This document shows, piece after piece, positions 20,401 to 29,461 of a stretch of 64,000 nucleotides of DNA. Numbering within the stretch: the stretch's first letter is position 1; the number at the start of each line of letters is the position of its first letter. The stretch lies in contig CAWANH010000029.1 of NCBI GenBank assembly GCA_963783375.1, positions 1,088,001 through 1,152,000 on the forward strand, given 5' to 3'. The position numbers and the translations under genes are program-made. Below the pieces are notes generated by a model. That model ran no database searches. It was not told the origin of the DNA and was given only the letters and a program-made list of their open reading frames with translations. This stretch comes from Candidatus Eiseniibacteriota bacterium. Lineage in GTDB: Bacteria; Eisenbacteria; RBG-16-71-46; JABDJR01.

Positions 20401-22058
20401 GCGTAGGTGAGCCGGTCGCACACCGCGGCGCCGAACCGCTTCCAGGAGAGGCCGGGTCGGGTGCGAACCCGTCCCGGGGCGGAGCGGACCAGGAGGACCG
20501 CCGCCTCGCCGGCCACCCCCTCTCCCCCGCTTCCCGCCGCGCGGTGGACGTTCACGGTGACCGCGCCGGCGGGTCGGACGTCGGGCGAAGCCTCCGCGGC
20601 GCGGAGCCCCCTGGCCGAGGCCCCGGGATAGGCGCGCCGAAGCGCGTCATGAAGGACCTGGCGCTTGGGGTAATCGGTATGGGCGGGCGCGAAATCCACG
20701 CCGAGATAGACCGGCGAGCGGCCGGCGCGCTCCAGTTCGCGAGCGGCGGCGGCGAGATCCCCGGCGCGAAGGGGCAGGCCCCCCAGGCCGTAGAACGCGG
20801 TGGTGAGCCGCGGCATGTCCTTCTCGCTGACCGCGGGAAGTCCGGGATGGGCGTCGCTTCCGTGGCGCGCGTTCTCACGGGAGCGCTCCAGGGCGGAGCG
20901 GACCGCGGCGGTGAGCGGGGCCTCGGCAAAGCCGGGAGCCCCGACGCGCTCGAGCACCACGGCCGCCTTCTTCCCGGCCACCAGCTCGGCCACCCGGGCC
21001 GCGGGGAAGGGCGAGAGGGCGCGGATCCCCACCACCCCGGCCTTGAGCTTCCCGTGGGCGCGAAGATGATCGGCCACCGCTTCCGCGGTCTCCACCGCCG
21101 AGCCCAGGGCCACGAAGACGACCTTGGCGTCGTCGGTCCGGTAGGCGCTCACCGTCCCGTGTCGACGGCCGGTGACCCGGGCGAAGTCCTCGAAGGCTCG
21201 ATCGAGAATCTCCGGGAGGTGCTCGTCGAAGTAGACCCGGCGGGCGGCATCGGCCAGGGCGTGCCGGTCGGGGCCTTCGGGACCGCCGGCGCCCAGGGGC
21301 CGCTCGACGTCGTGCCAGCGGGGAACGCGGGACCGGTGCTTTCCGAAGAGCACTTCCTGGGCGGCGGTCGGCGGATGGATGGTCTCGCGCGGGTCGCCCA
21401 GGAAACCGAGCGCGGTCGCGCGGGCCGGGAGCCGAACCTCCTGGACCGAGAGCGCGGTCTCGGCCGCGTCCATGGCCACCAGGGCCGGGGTCAGGGCCTC
21501 CTCGGCGGTCCGCCGGGCGATGAGGGCGAAGTCGCTCACCTCCTGGACGTTCGCCGCCACCAGGACCGCGGCGCCGTTTCGGGCGGCGGCGTGGACGGCT
21601 TCGTGTCCGGATCCCAGGGCCGTTCCCGGTCCGGTCCCGGCCCGGGCGGCGAGGTGCACCACCACCGGAAGCCGGCGGATCGATGCCTGGGTCCACAGGT
21701 CGATGGCCCCGGAGAGGTCGGGGCCGGAAAGGAAAGCGGCGGCCCGAAGGCCGGCGGTGGCCATGCCGAGAGCGGCGGCGAGATCCCCGCGGGGCCCCGC
21801 GCCCTCCACCGTACCGCCGGGGCGGCCGAGGAGATTCAACCCGTCCGCGGCCACCTGGGCGGCGAACGCCTTCCCCGCCGCGGCGGCGGGAAACGTGGCC
21901 CCAAGGGCGGCGGCGTCGGCGGAACCGGCCTCGGTCAGGGCGGCGGCGGTGGTCCCGTCGGTGACCGAAGCCACCCCGGGGTGGATCCCGTCCCCGGACG
22001 GCGCGGCCCCGACCAGGCGGCGATAGACACGATGCGCGGAACCGCTGAGGTCAACCAT
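17454..22058 (-). CDS. Giant pyruvate:ferredoxin oxidoreductase-like protein (~1534 aa) with 2 ferredoxin motifs; catalytic motifs degenerate
   Basis: PFOR-like domain order: ANVQEVSDFALIARR, GVVGIRALSPFP, YGLGG, CTACGACWSACP, CKACGVCVAVC, AYVLQTS and FDGPALI. Start overlaps the rnfB stop. Confidence 0.8.
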   Translation of the reverse strand: MVDLSGSAHRVYRRLVGAAPSGDGIHPGVASVTDGTTAAALTEAGSADAAALGATFPAAAAGKAFAAQVAADGLNLLGRPGGTVEGAGPRGDLAAALGMATAGLRAAAFLSGPDLSGAIDLWTQASIRRLPVVVHLAARAGTGPGTALGSGHEAVHAAARNGAAVLVAANVQEVSDFALIARRTAEEALTPALVAMDAAETALSVQEVRLPARATALGFLGDPRETIHPPTAAQEVLFGKHRSRVPRWHDVERPLGAGGPEGPDRHALADAARRVYFDEHLPEILDRAFEDFARVTGRRHGTVSAYRTDDAKVVFVALGSAVETAEAVADHLRAHGKLKAGVVGIRALSPFPAARVAELVAGKKAAVVLERVGAPGFAEAPLTAAVRSALERSRENARHGSDAHPGLPAVSEKDMPRLTTAFYGLGGLPLRAGDLAAAARELERAGRSPVYLGVDFAPAHTDYPKRQVLHDALRRAYPGASARGLRAAEASPDVRPAGAVTVNVHRAAGSGGEGVAGEAAVLLVRSAPGRVRTRPGLSWKRFGAAVCDRLTYAPDDLKDPGDDVAPEGAVWIGSGTPVPAEALEGLRPGAFLLVVRDPASGGLLTQLGEAVRRSARENTLRLYAVAVAHDAPRAERDARVAGALLGVLKAEGKVDLNPRKLAAARKETAGGEPEGDSCLAGFGEVALLEAMGSDVATAEAAPEGELGAPAAVRRLGKADDTMDSLPRFWDQVGVLARDHSAEGLVPDPYLAVGAVPPLASTFADLSGARATLPAFEPALCTACGACWSACPDGAVEPAVLSASALLDFGMARARERGRSADALRMAASKLAARVNQDLAAQDTAGATAGPLFASAFTSLIEKMPLPEDRKAGLAEAFGAVREEIADLPVARTKPFFEVPERTMRGSGDLFTLAVNPDACKACGVCVAVCEPGALVALPQTSDRLAEARALHRRFETLPETSPAALEIARSRSDVGALAADLLGRAGRDVLAGGDPAEPGSGERIAVRQILGSAAAHLKPRLKETLETIEKTRNELAGAIRESMAGALPTADLDALAKGLGEVRRPDADLTELSNRIETAFETGRVDVARLRRLVDSARTLADLHWRLTEGESGAGRAPFGVVVGPGTAAAWAGAFPENPFAVPVTVDATGDSAEIARGILEGQLREALDGFVAIRRARLELDRPAEAAGAAPRLARLTWRDLTPEERAQCPPLFLVVNEDALAGPGLAGFVNLLDGDVPVKWILLAEAHLGLAESGDVMAAAEPSSAMRHDVALFALAHPRAYVLQTSIAHPGHLEPGVAEAVAFDGPALIRVHAPSPERHGFPADQALTRAWRAVAARTFPLIRRSPLDPIGERPRVDISANPDPAGGWARNRNGEVLTPAAWAAEEGRFAAQLTPLTADDIEPTPLIDYLKLSGEVRKKKTPTVGEPETENLLRVSPALVRAVEERMAAWRTLQELAGTALPPAALEEARAGALAALRDEHAAALEALRADYEARLAETRGRTEAELTQRVRGRLLALAGARPANGGGEENR

Positions 22059-22902
22059 GAAGCCTCCGACCGGGAGCCGTGGGCTCCTCCTCGGTGAACT
22101 GTTGGCCCGCCACCCACTGGATTGCGCCGGTGGGGCAGCGCCAGGTCGCGACGGGAGAGGCCGGCCCGCCCGCCGCGTAGTCCACGACGGGGAGATTGTT
22201 TTCCATGCGGATGAGACCGGGAGGGGCGTCCTGGGCGCAACGGCCGCAGGCGTCGCAGACCACCTTGCACACCGCGCGCGCCTCATCGGCGGCGAGCGGG
22301 GCCATGCACTGGACGATCAGCCGGTGGCTCACCGGAAGGATCTCGAAGAGGTCGCGGGGGCAGGCGGTCACGCAGTCCCCGCAGGCGGTGCACTTGTCCA
22401 CGTCCACCACCGGGAGCCGCATCTCGTTCATGCTGATGGCGTCGAAGGTGCATGAGACCTCGCAGTCCGCGAGCCCCAGGCATCCCCACGAGCACTTGAG
22501 CCCGCCGCCCCCCACCAGGTGCGCCCCCCGGCAGCTCTCGTATCCCGAGTACTCCGCGGTGCGGGCGGCGCGGCCGAGCCCGCCGGCGCAGTGGAGGCGG
22601 GCCACCCGCTTCTCCTCCGCCCCCGGGTCCACCCCGAGGAACTCGGCAATCAACTCGATGCCCTCCGGGCTCGACACCGTGCACTTGCTCGGGGCCAGGG
22701 CCCCGGCAACCACCTTCTCCGCCAGGCCGCGGCAGCCCGGCTCGCCGCAGGCCCCGCAGTTGGATCCGGGAAGCATGCCTTCCACCGTCTCCACCCGGGG
22801 GTCTTCCTCGACCCGGAGGAAGCGATAGGCGACGGCGAGGATGACCCCGAAGGTCAACCCCAGCCCGCCCATGATGATCGCCGCCTGGATCAGGTTGCTC
22901 AC
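22051..22902 (-). CDS. rnfB: Rnf electron transport complex subunit B
   Basis: N-terminal TM, LPGSNCGACGEPGC and multiple ferredoxin Cys motifs (CTACGDCVTACP). Confidence 0.9.
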   Translation of the reverse strand: MSNLIQAAIIMGGLGLTFGVILAVAYRFLRVEEDPRVETVEGMLPGSNCGACGEPGCRGLAEKVVAGALAPSKCTVSSPEGIELIAEFLGVDPGAEEKRVARLHCAGGLGRAARTAEYSGYESCRGAHLVGGGGLKCSWGCLGLADCEVSCTFDAISMNEMRLPVVDVDKCTACGDCVTACPRDLFEILPVSHRLIVQCMAPLAADEARAVCKVVCDACGRCAQDAPPGLIRMENNLPVVDYAAGGPASPVATWRCPTGAIQWVAGQQFTEEEPTAPGRRLHG

Positions 22903-22911
22903 GCCGCGCTC

Positions 22912-25437
22912 CTAGTTGAACTTCGCCGCCCGCTGGACCAGATCCTCGAGACCGGGTTCCTCGGGGTTCAGGGGCGCGCCGGGGTGGATGATGCGGGCCG
23001 GACACTTCTCCGCCGCCCGCACCAGGTCCGAGAAGGTTCCCGCCTTGACGTCCTGGATGAAGGCCTTCTTGTCCGCGTTGTAGGCGAACATCTGCGGGTT
23101 CAGGTTCGTGCACTCGTTGCAGGTGGTGCAGAGATCGGTGTCGATGTAGGCCTCGAGGGCCATCGGCTCCTCTTCGGCGGGGGCGGGGGCCGGCTCGGCC
23201 GCCGCGGGGGCCGCCGGCTCCGAGGCCTCGGCGGGAGCGGCCACCGGGGCCGGGCGGGTCGCCGGCATGCCCGCGCCCAGCACCGTCGAGGCGTCCGCGC
23301 TCAACAGGGCGGCGGTGAGGCGGTCGGCCACATCCTCCGCCGCGCTCAGGCGTACGGCCTCGAGTTCCGCCGCGTGTTCGGCCTTCAGGGTATCCAGCTC
23401 CTCCGCCGTCCGGGCGGCCGCCTCCTCGCGGGCCCGCTTGACCGCGTCCTCGACATACTCGCTCCGGACCCCGGCCAGCTCCTGGAGGGTGCGCCAGAAG
23501 TCCAAACGGTCCCTGGCGGCCAGGGCCAACCGCCGGGTCACCGCAAGGCGGGTCATCCGGTTGGACGCGTCCACCGCCCAGATGAAGGGGACCCGGGAAG
23601 CGGCCTCCTCGGACTCGAGGGTAAGCCACTCGGCCAGGGTCGCCAGGACGTCATCGGGAATTTCATCGGGAACGGGAAGGAAATGGGCGGCATAGGCCGG
23701 CTCCAGGAGCGCGAAGTCGGCGAAGGTGAAGGGAAGGGCGATCCGGCCGTCCCTGCCGTCCGCCTCGACCACTTCCAGCTCGTAGACCGGCCAGTCGCCC
23801 TCCGGCCCGGGGTTCTCCGAGAAATCCAGACGCCGGGCCCAGGTCGCCCCCGCTTCGGGGTCGTACCGGAAGAGGGGATGGGCGCGGCCTTCCAGGGCGG
23901 CCCCGGCGTACAGCCAGGCGCCCAGGCGTGGCTCGCCGGTCCCGAGCCCCCCGCCCAGGGCCACCACGTGGAGGGCGGGATGGCTGGCCCGGACCGCCCG
24001 GGTGAAGCCTTCCATCATGTGGAGGGGACGCGCGGCGGAGGTCTCGTTCACCAGCGCCTCGCGATGGCTGATTCCCAGATAGCCGGGCTCGAACCGGTAG
24101 CCGGCCAGGGGGTCATCGAGACGGGTGGCGGGCGCGTCGTGGTGGACCGGCTCCCCCGCCGCCGGGTTCTCGGCCGGGTTCACCGCGACCAGGATCTGCA
24201 CCGGACGCCCGGAGAGGATCAGCCGGGAGACCGAGAGCATGCCCTCGGCGGCCACGTGGCGGGCGGAGACCATCGCCACCACCGGGGACAGAAGCAGAAG
24301 CTCGTCGAGGCTCATGGCTTCCCAGTCGAACTGGGCCAGCCAGGGGTCGTGGCGGGCGGGTTCGTAGGCGCCCTTGACCTCCAGCCGGGCGGTGCGGACC
24401 GCCTTCAACGTGTCGGCGAGCCAGGCCGCCTGCTCGTCGAACCGCTCCGCCGCTTCCAGGCAGGGGTCGGCATGTTCCACCACCTGCCAACCTTCCAGGC
24501 TCCGGGCCCGGTCGAGGGATCCGTCATGCACCAGATGGAGCGGCGGCTCCGTCTCGGCGGTGAATGACTCGAGGGCGGCCACGGCGTGCTCCACGCGTTT
24601 CCGCCGGGGGGGGCTCATGGCCAGGCTTCCCCGGGGGGCGCCCAGGGTGCCGGCCAGGGCCGAGGCGTCGATGAACCGGGATCCGGCGTTCCCCATGGAT
24701 CCGTCCAGACTATCCGCCTCCCGGGACTCCGGACGCTTCCGCCGGTCGATCTCCAGCAGGGCGCGAAGCTCGCCGGCCAGTCGCTTCACTTCGACGGCGA
24801 AGGCGGCGCGCCGGGGGCGGAGCCGGCTCCGGGCCGCCTGCTCCAGGAGAATCACCGGTGCGTGCTCGCTCCAGGGAAGGAACCGAGCCCCGTCGGGGAC
24901 CCCGTCCATGAACGCAACGAGGGACTCCTTGAGAATCCGGGCGTCGCCGGCGGGGAGCTTGAGCTCGGCGGCAAGCTCCCGCATCGCGTTCTCGAGGACC
25001 CGGCGGGCGTCGAGCGGGTCGGTCGCGCCGGCCGCAGCCTGGCGCACCCGGCGCTCGAGGCGGAGGAGGTTGTCCCGGAGAATGCGCGACGACTCCCCTT
25101 CGGGAACGGTGCGGGCCAGGAACTCGGTCACCGGGACGCAAAGCGCGTTCTCCGGGTCGTCCTCCAACGGAGGCAGGTAGAGCGGATAGTCCGAGCGCAC
25201 CTTGGCGGGATCGCGGAACGGAGCGAGGAGCGCGGGCAGGAGCCCCGCCCCGGTCACCGCATCCGTGCCCTCGGAAAGGGACCCGGCCAGGTGGAACCGG
25301 CGGAGATCCATCACCGCCTCCACCGGCGCCGCCCTCTCCCCTCCGGGGGGGATCGCCGCTCCGGTCATCTCGGGCATGACCGGTTTCCCGGTCGCCGGCG
25401 GAGTCTTCTGCTCTTCAGGGGCCATCCTCGTCTCCAT
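22912..25437 (-). CDS. 841-aa protein with degenerate PFOR-beta-like region and C-terminal ferredoxin
   Basis: AALEGRAHPLFRYDP and WRTLQELAG (also in the 1534-aa protein); C-terminal CTTCNEC...AEKCPARIIHPG. Confidence 0.8.
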   Translation of the reverse strand: METRMAPEEQKTPPATGKPVMPEMTGAAIPPGGERAAPVEAVMDLRRFHLAGSLSEGTDAVTGAGLLPALLAPFRDPAKVRSDYPLYLPPLEDDPENALCVPVTEFLARTVPEGESSRILRDNLLRLERRVRQAAAGATDPLDARRVLENAMRELAAELKLPAGDARILKESLVAFMDGVPDGARFLPWSEHAPVILLEQAARSRLRPRRAAFAVEVKRLAGELRALLEIDRRKRPESREADSLDGSMGNAGSRFIDASALAGTLGAPRGSLAMSPPRRKRVEHAVAALESFTAETEPPLHLVHDGSLDRARSLEGWQVVEHADPCLEAAERFDEQAAWLADTLKAVRTARLEVKGAYEPARHDPWLAQFDWEAMSLDELLLLSPVVAMVSARHVAAEGMLSVSRLILSGRPVQILVAVNPAENPAAGEPVHHDAPATRLDDPLAGYRFEPGYLGISHREALVNETSAARPLHMMEGFTRAVRASHPALHVVALGGGLGTGEPRLGAWLYAGAALEGRAHPLFRYDPEAGATWARRLDFSENPGPEGDWPVYELEVVEADGRDGRIALPFTFADFALLEPAYAAHFLPVPDEIPDDVLATLAEWLTLESEEAASRVPFIWAVDASNRMTRLAVTRRLALAARDRLDFWRTLQELAGVRSEYVEDAVKRAREEAAARTAEELDTLKAEHAAELEAVRLSAAEDVADRLTAALLSADASTVLGAGMPATRPAPVAAPAEASEPAAPAAAEPAPAPAEEEPMALEAYIDTDLCTTCNECTNLNPQMFAYNADKKAFIQDVKAGTFSDLVRAAEKCPARIIHPGAPLNPEEPGLEDLVQRAAKFN

Positions 25438-25538
25438 CGGGATCCTCCCGGCCGCCGCCTACCGGCGAACGGTCCAGTCCGGTTTCCACCCGTAGCTCGG
25501 CCTCCGGACCGGCCGCGGATGGGTCTCGCGCCGCTCGC

Positions 25539-26492
25539 TCAGATGGCGAAGCGGTCCAGGGCGTTCTTCATCCCCTCGAGCCTCTCCTCCGCGGTCATTT
25601 CCATCCCCTGGGCGGTGTACTCGTCGTAACGGGGAGCGTCGGGGTTCCGGTAGAAGAGGCCGATGGCCAGCGGATCGACGCTCTCCGCCAGCTCCCGCGC
25701 CTTGGCCAGATCCGAGGGATCGTGCTCGAGCTGGTTCTTGTACATCTTGGCCACGGGGGGATCGGCGGTGATTCCCTTCTCGTGGGTGAGGAGCTGGATC
25801 GCGTCCGGGTTGTCCCGCACCGAGTCGAAGATGTGATCGGTGTAGGTGGGACAGCGCTGGAGGATGTGGACGAAGCTCAGGCCCTTGTGGTGGTAGGCGG
25901 CGAGAAGCGTCTGGTAGAGGTGGAGCGGATTCCAGTCCACCGTCCTCGCCACGAACGACACGTTGGTGAACCCCAGGGTGGCCTGGAGCGGGTTCAAGGG
26001 CGGGAGCCAGGCTCCGCGGGGATGGGTGTTGGTGGAGAAGCCGATCGGGGTGGTGGGCGAAGTCTGCTTCTTGGTGAGCCCGTAGACGTTGTTGTCGAAG
26101 AGCATCACCGTCATGTCCATGTTGTACCGCACGGCGTGGATCCAGTGCCCGGCGCCGATGGAGCAGCAGTCGCCGTCCCCGGTGGCGACCCACACCTGCA
26201 TGTCGGGGCGGCGGGACTTGATCCCCTCGGCCACCGGCAGCGCGCGGCCGTGAAGGCCGTGGAACCCGTAGGCGTGCATGTAGTGGGGGAAGCGGCTGGA
26301 GCAGCCGATCCCCGAGACCGAGGCGATCTTCTCCGGGGGAATCTGCTCGTCCCGGCAAATGCGCTGGACCGCGCTCAGGACCGCGTGGTCTCCGCAGGCC
26401 GGGCACCACCGGGCCACCCCGCCCTCGTAGTTTTCGAGGGTGAAGTAACGATCCGGAACTTCGAGGGACCAATCCGTCTTCAATCCGAACAT
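25539..26492 (-). CDS. korB: 2-oxoacid:ferredoxin oxidoreductase beta subunit
   Basis: WCPACGD, GIGCSSR, HGRALP, TPP motif GDGD...NNVYGLTKKQ and CPTY. Confidence 0.92.
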   Translation of the reverse strand: MFGLKTDWSLEVPDRYFTLENYEGGVARWCPACGDHAVLSAVQRICRDEQIPPEKIASVSGIGCSSRFPHYMHAYGFHGLHGRALPVAEGIKSRRPDMQVWVATGDGDCCSIGAGHWIHAVRYNMDMTVMLFDNNVYGLTKKQTSPTTPIGFSTNTHPRGAWLPPLNPLQATLGFTNVSFVARTVDWNPLHLYQTLLAAYHHKGLSFVHILQRCPTYTDHIFDSVRDNPDAIQLLTHEKGITADPPVAKMYKNQLEHDPSDLAKARELAESVDPLAIGLFYRNPDAPRYDEYTAQGMEMTAEERLEGMKNALDRFAI

Positions 26493-26577
26493 CTGACCTC
26501 TCCTTCGGCCGCGGCCGAGTGGGTGTCGTGCCCGATGACCCGCCGGAGCCCGTCGAGGCCCGGCCGGCGCCCGGACG

Positions 26578-28506
26578 TCAAGCCTTGACCGTCTCCCGTC
26601 CCGTCGTCTTTCCCATCCGCTTCAGGGCCTCCCGCACGATCATGGACGGCGGAATCGGGTGGCCGGGGACGATCGACCAGCAGTCGATGTCCATGAGCGT
26701 CCGCTCCCGGAGCAGGACGGCGAGCTGGCCGGTGCGCCGGTTCGTCTCGTCGATGAGCGGCGACTCGGGATCATCGCTGTAGTTGATTTCCATGGTCAGC
26801 ACCTTCTTGAACTTCGAGAAGATCTCCTTCAGGCCCGGTTCCAGGGGCGAGAGGAACCGGAGGTGCACCGAAGAAACCGCGTGGCCGTCGGCCCGCATCC
26901 GGTCCACCGATTCCTGGATGGAACCCTCGCTGGATCCCCAGCCCACGATCAGGAGGTCCCCCTCCGGGCCGCCGTAGACCTCCGGGGGCTTGAGGGAACG
27001 GCCCAGGGCGGCCAGCTTCCGGCTCCTCATGTCGCAGCCGAGCTGGTTGGAGACGGTGTCGTAGGCCACCTTGCCCCAGCGGGTGTGGGCGAGCCCGGTG
27101 AGCACGTACTCCCCGCCGGGCTGGCCGGGAATCGGACGCGGGCTCAACCCCGTCTCCGGGTCCCACTCGTAGGGGGCCACCCCCTCCTCCCACGGCGACT
27201 GGTCCACCGGCGGTGCGAACCACTCGGCGGCCACCTCGGGACGGGGGAATGGCTGAACGCCGGTGGCCAGGTTGGCGTCGGTGAGGACCAGGACCGGGGT
27301 CCGGAAGTCCTCGGCCAGCTTGCGGGCCATGACCATGAAGTGGAAGCACTCCTCGATGGTGGCCGGGGCGATCACCACCTTGGGGGAGTCGCCGGGGGCC
27401 CCGTAGATCGCGGCCAGGAGGTCACCCTGCTCCACCTTGGTGGGTAGGCCGGTGGATGGACCGCCGCGCTGGACCACCAGGAGCACCAGCGGAATCTCCG
27501 CCATGACCGCGAAGCCGATGAACTCGGTCTTCAGAGCCATCCCGGGGCCCGAGGTGATGGTGCAGGCCGTCTTCCCGGCGTAGCTCGCTCCAAGGGCGAA
27601 GCCGATGGCCGCGATCTCGTCCTCGGCCTGATGCAGGCACCCTCCGGTCCGGATGAAGGCGCCGCCCAGGTAGTGGGACACCGAGGTGGCGGGAGTGATG
27701 GGGTACATCGCCGCCATCTCCATCCCCGAGGCCATGATGCCCAGCCCCGCGGCCTGGTTCCCGTTCATCACCACCAGAGGCTTGTCGTTTTCCCATCGCG
27801 GAACCTCGAAGGCCATCGCGATGTTCTCCTCGGCGTAGCGGTAGCCCGCCTCCACCAGCTTCTGGTTCAAGGCGATGACCTTGTCCCCCTTCCGCCCGAA
27901 GACGAACCGCACTTCGTCCATGGCCTTCTGGAGGTCTCGCCCGTAGATCTCGCAGAGCATGCCGAGGACGAACATGTTCTTCCCGACCCTCGCCTCCGGC
28001 GCCACCGCGGCAACCTTCTCCTCGATGGGTGTCTCGTGTACCACGAAACCCAGCTCCCGGAACTCCGCCACCGACGCCGCGTACTGCTTGCGGATTTCCT
28101 CCTGGGGATCCTCGGCCCACTTGCTCTCGAGGAGGATCACCGTCCCCTTCTTGAACGCGTTCGACTCGATCCGGCCGTAGAGCACCTGCTCGTTGAAGGC
28201 GACCACGAGGTCGGCCTCGTCACCCATGTTGGTAACGTACTTGGAGCCGAATCGCACGCGGATGCCGCTGGCGCCGGCGCGGGAGCGGGCCGGGGGCTTG
28301 ATCTCGGCGGGGATGATCTCCACCGTCCAGACCCCGTTCCCCATCTTCGCGCTCACCGTCCCGAAGGTCTGGCCCGCCTTCTGGGCCCCTTCGCCGGAAT
28401 CGCTCACGATCTCGACGATCTGCTCTTCCACGCGGGTGCGGGAGCCGTTCCGGTCCGGGGCGCTCTCGCCCGCCGTCGTGAAAACTCTTGTTTCATTCTT
28501 GGTCAT
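26578..28506 (-). CDS. korA: 2-oxoacid:acceptor oxidoreductase alpha subunit (gamma-alpha fusion)
   Basis: DSGEGAQ, YPITP, QAEDEIAA, TSGPG and QRGGPSTGLPT motifs. Confidence 0.92.
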   Translation of the reverse strand: MTKNETRVFTTAGESAPDRNGSRTRVEEQIVEIVSDSGEGAQKAGQTFGTVSAKMGNGVWTVEIIPAEIKPPARSRAGASGIRVRFGSKYVTNMGDEADLVVAFNEQVLYGRIESNAFKKGTVILLESKWAEDPQEEIRKQYAASVAEFRELGFVVHETPIEEKVAAVAPEARVGKNMFVLGMLCEIYGRDLQKAMDEVRFVFGRKGDKVIALNQKLVEAGYRYAEENIAMAFEVPRWENDKPLVVMNGNQAAGLGIMASGMEMAAMYPITPATSVSHYLGGAFIRTGGCLHQAEDEIAAIGFALGASYAGKTACTITSGPGMALKTEFIGFAVMAEIPLVLLVVQRGGPSTGLPTKVEQGDLLAAIYGAPGDSPKVVIAPATIEECFHFMVMARKLAEDFRTPVLVLTDANLATGVQPFPRPEVAAEWFAPPVDQSPWEEGVAPYEWDPETGLSPRPIPGQPGGEYVLTGLAHTRWGKVAYDTVSNQLGCDMRSRKLAALGRSLKPPEVYGGPEGDLLIVGWGSSEGSIQESVDRMRADGHAVSSVHLRFLSPLEPGLKEIFSKFKKVLTMEINYSDDPESPLIDETNRRTGQLAVLLRERTLMDIDCWSIVPGHPIPPSMIVREALKRMGKTTGRETVKA

Positions 28507-28697
28507 GAGCTCTCCCTGCCTTCTCTTCGTCGAGCTGGGTTTTTTCGGGTGTATGTCCGTTTCCGGCTTTGCGGTTGGGGCCGTTTCGGGGTCCGAGGCC
28601 GCTGGCCGCCCTCTCTGGCATCAGGTCCTCAGTCGGTCGGTCTCCGTCTCCGGGGGCGCGTTCCTGAGGTCAACCCCTCACGGGGCGTGCGTCGTCC

Positions 28698-29141
28698 TCA
28701 ACTGCTCTCCCCCAGATCGGTGTACATGGCGTCGCCCAAGAGCGAGGTTTCTCGGGCCTCGTGGACCTGGACCCGCTGGGACAGCGCGGTCACCTCCCGC
28801 ATCACCTCGGCCAGCGGCCCGTCCAGGCACGCCCGGGCCTTCTCCGAGACCCGGTTGACCTGGGCAAGAAGCTCCCGGTGCTCGTCGAGGAGACGCTGGA
28901 GGTTGGCGAGCAGGTGCGGCGCGGTGTCTCCGATGATCTCGTGGAAACCGCTCGGCGCCTCCTCGCGGGTAAAGTGGATCTCCAGGCGCATCCGGAATTC
29001 TTCCAGCATCGGCACCAGGACCCGAAGGTCGCTGGTCTTTTCCATGCGCCCCAGGCTCTCCTTGAGGGCGCTGTGCTCGTGGGCAATCTGGTCCCTCGGA
29101 GCCTGGTCGGCGGAATTCAGACCGGAGCGCTGCTCTTTCAT
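28698..29141 (-). CDS. Hemerythrin/HHE cation-binding domain protein
   Basis: EH...HFTREE...EH...HEARE pattern; GGAG RBS before MKEQRSG. Confidence 0.78.
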   Translation of the reverse strand: MKEQRSGLNSADQAPRDQIAHEHSALKESLGRMEKTSDLRVLVPMLEEFRMRLEIHFTREEAPSGFHEIIGDTAPHLLANLQRLLDEHRELLAQVNRVSEKARACLDGPLAEVMREVTALSQRVQVHEARETSLLGDAMYTDLGESS

Positions 29142-29461
29142 CTCGACTCCCTGGCGCGGAAACGCCCATGTCGGTGTCGAATCCGGACTTGGCCGCCGGG
29201 CCCGATTCCGAACCCCGGTGACCATTTTTCCCACGGATGGTCGCACAGGTTTGTTCCACCCACCATTTCGTTTTAGCGAACCGTATGATCTACTGAGGGA
29301 AACGATACAACATGATCGATTTAGTCGTGTTGCGACTCCCTCCCCCGAAAACGGTCCAGATAGCCCCGGTTTTGGTCCCGATGGGCGCTGGCTGGTAGAA
29401 TTGAGGCTGTTCGTGGGACTCCTCCTGCCGCCCTCACCTCCATCGCCCAAGCGACGGAACC

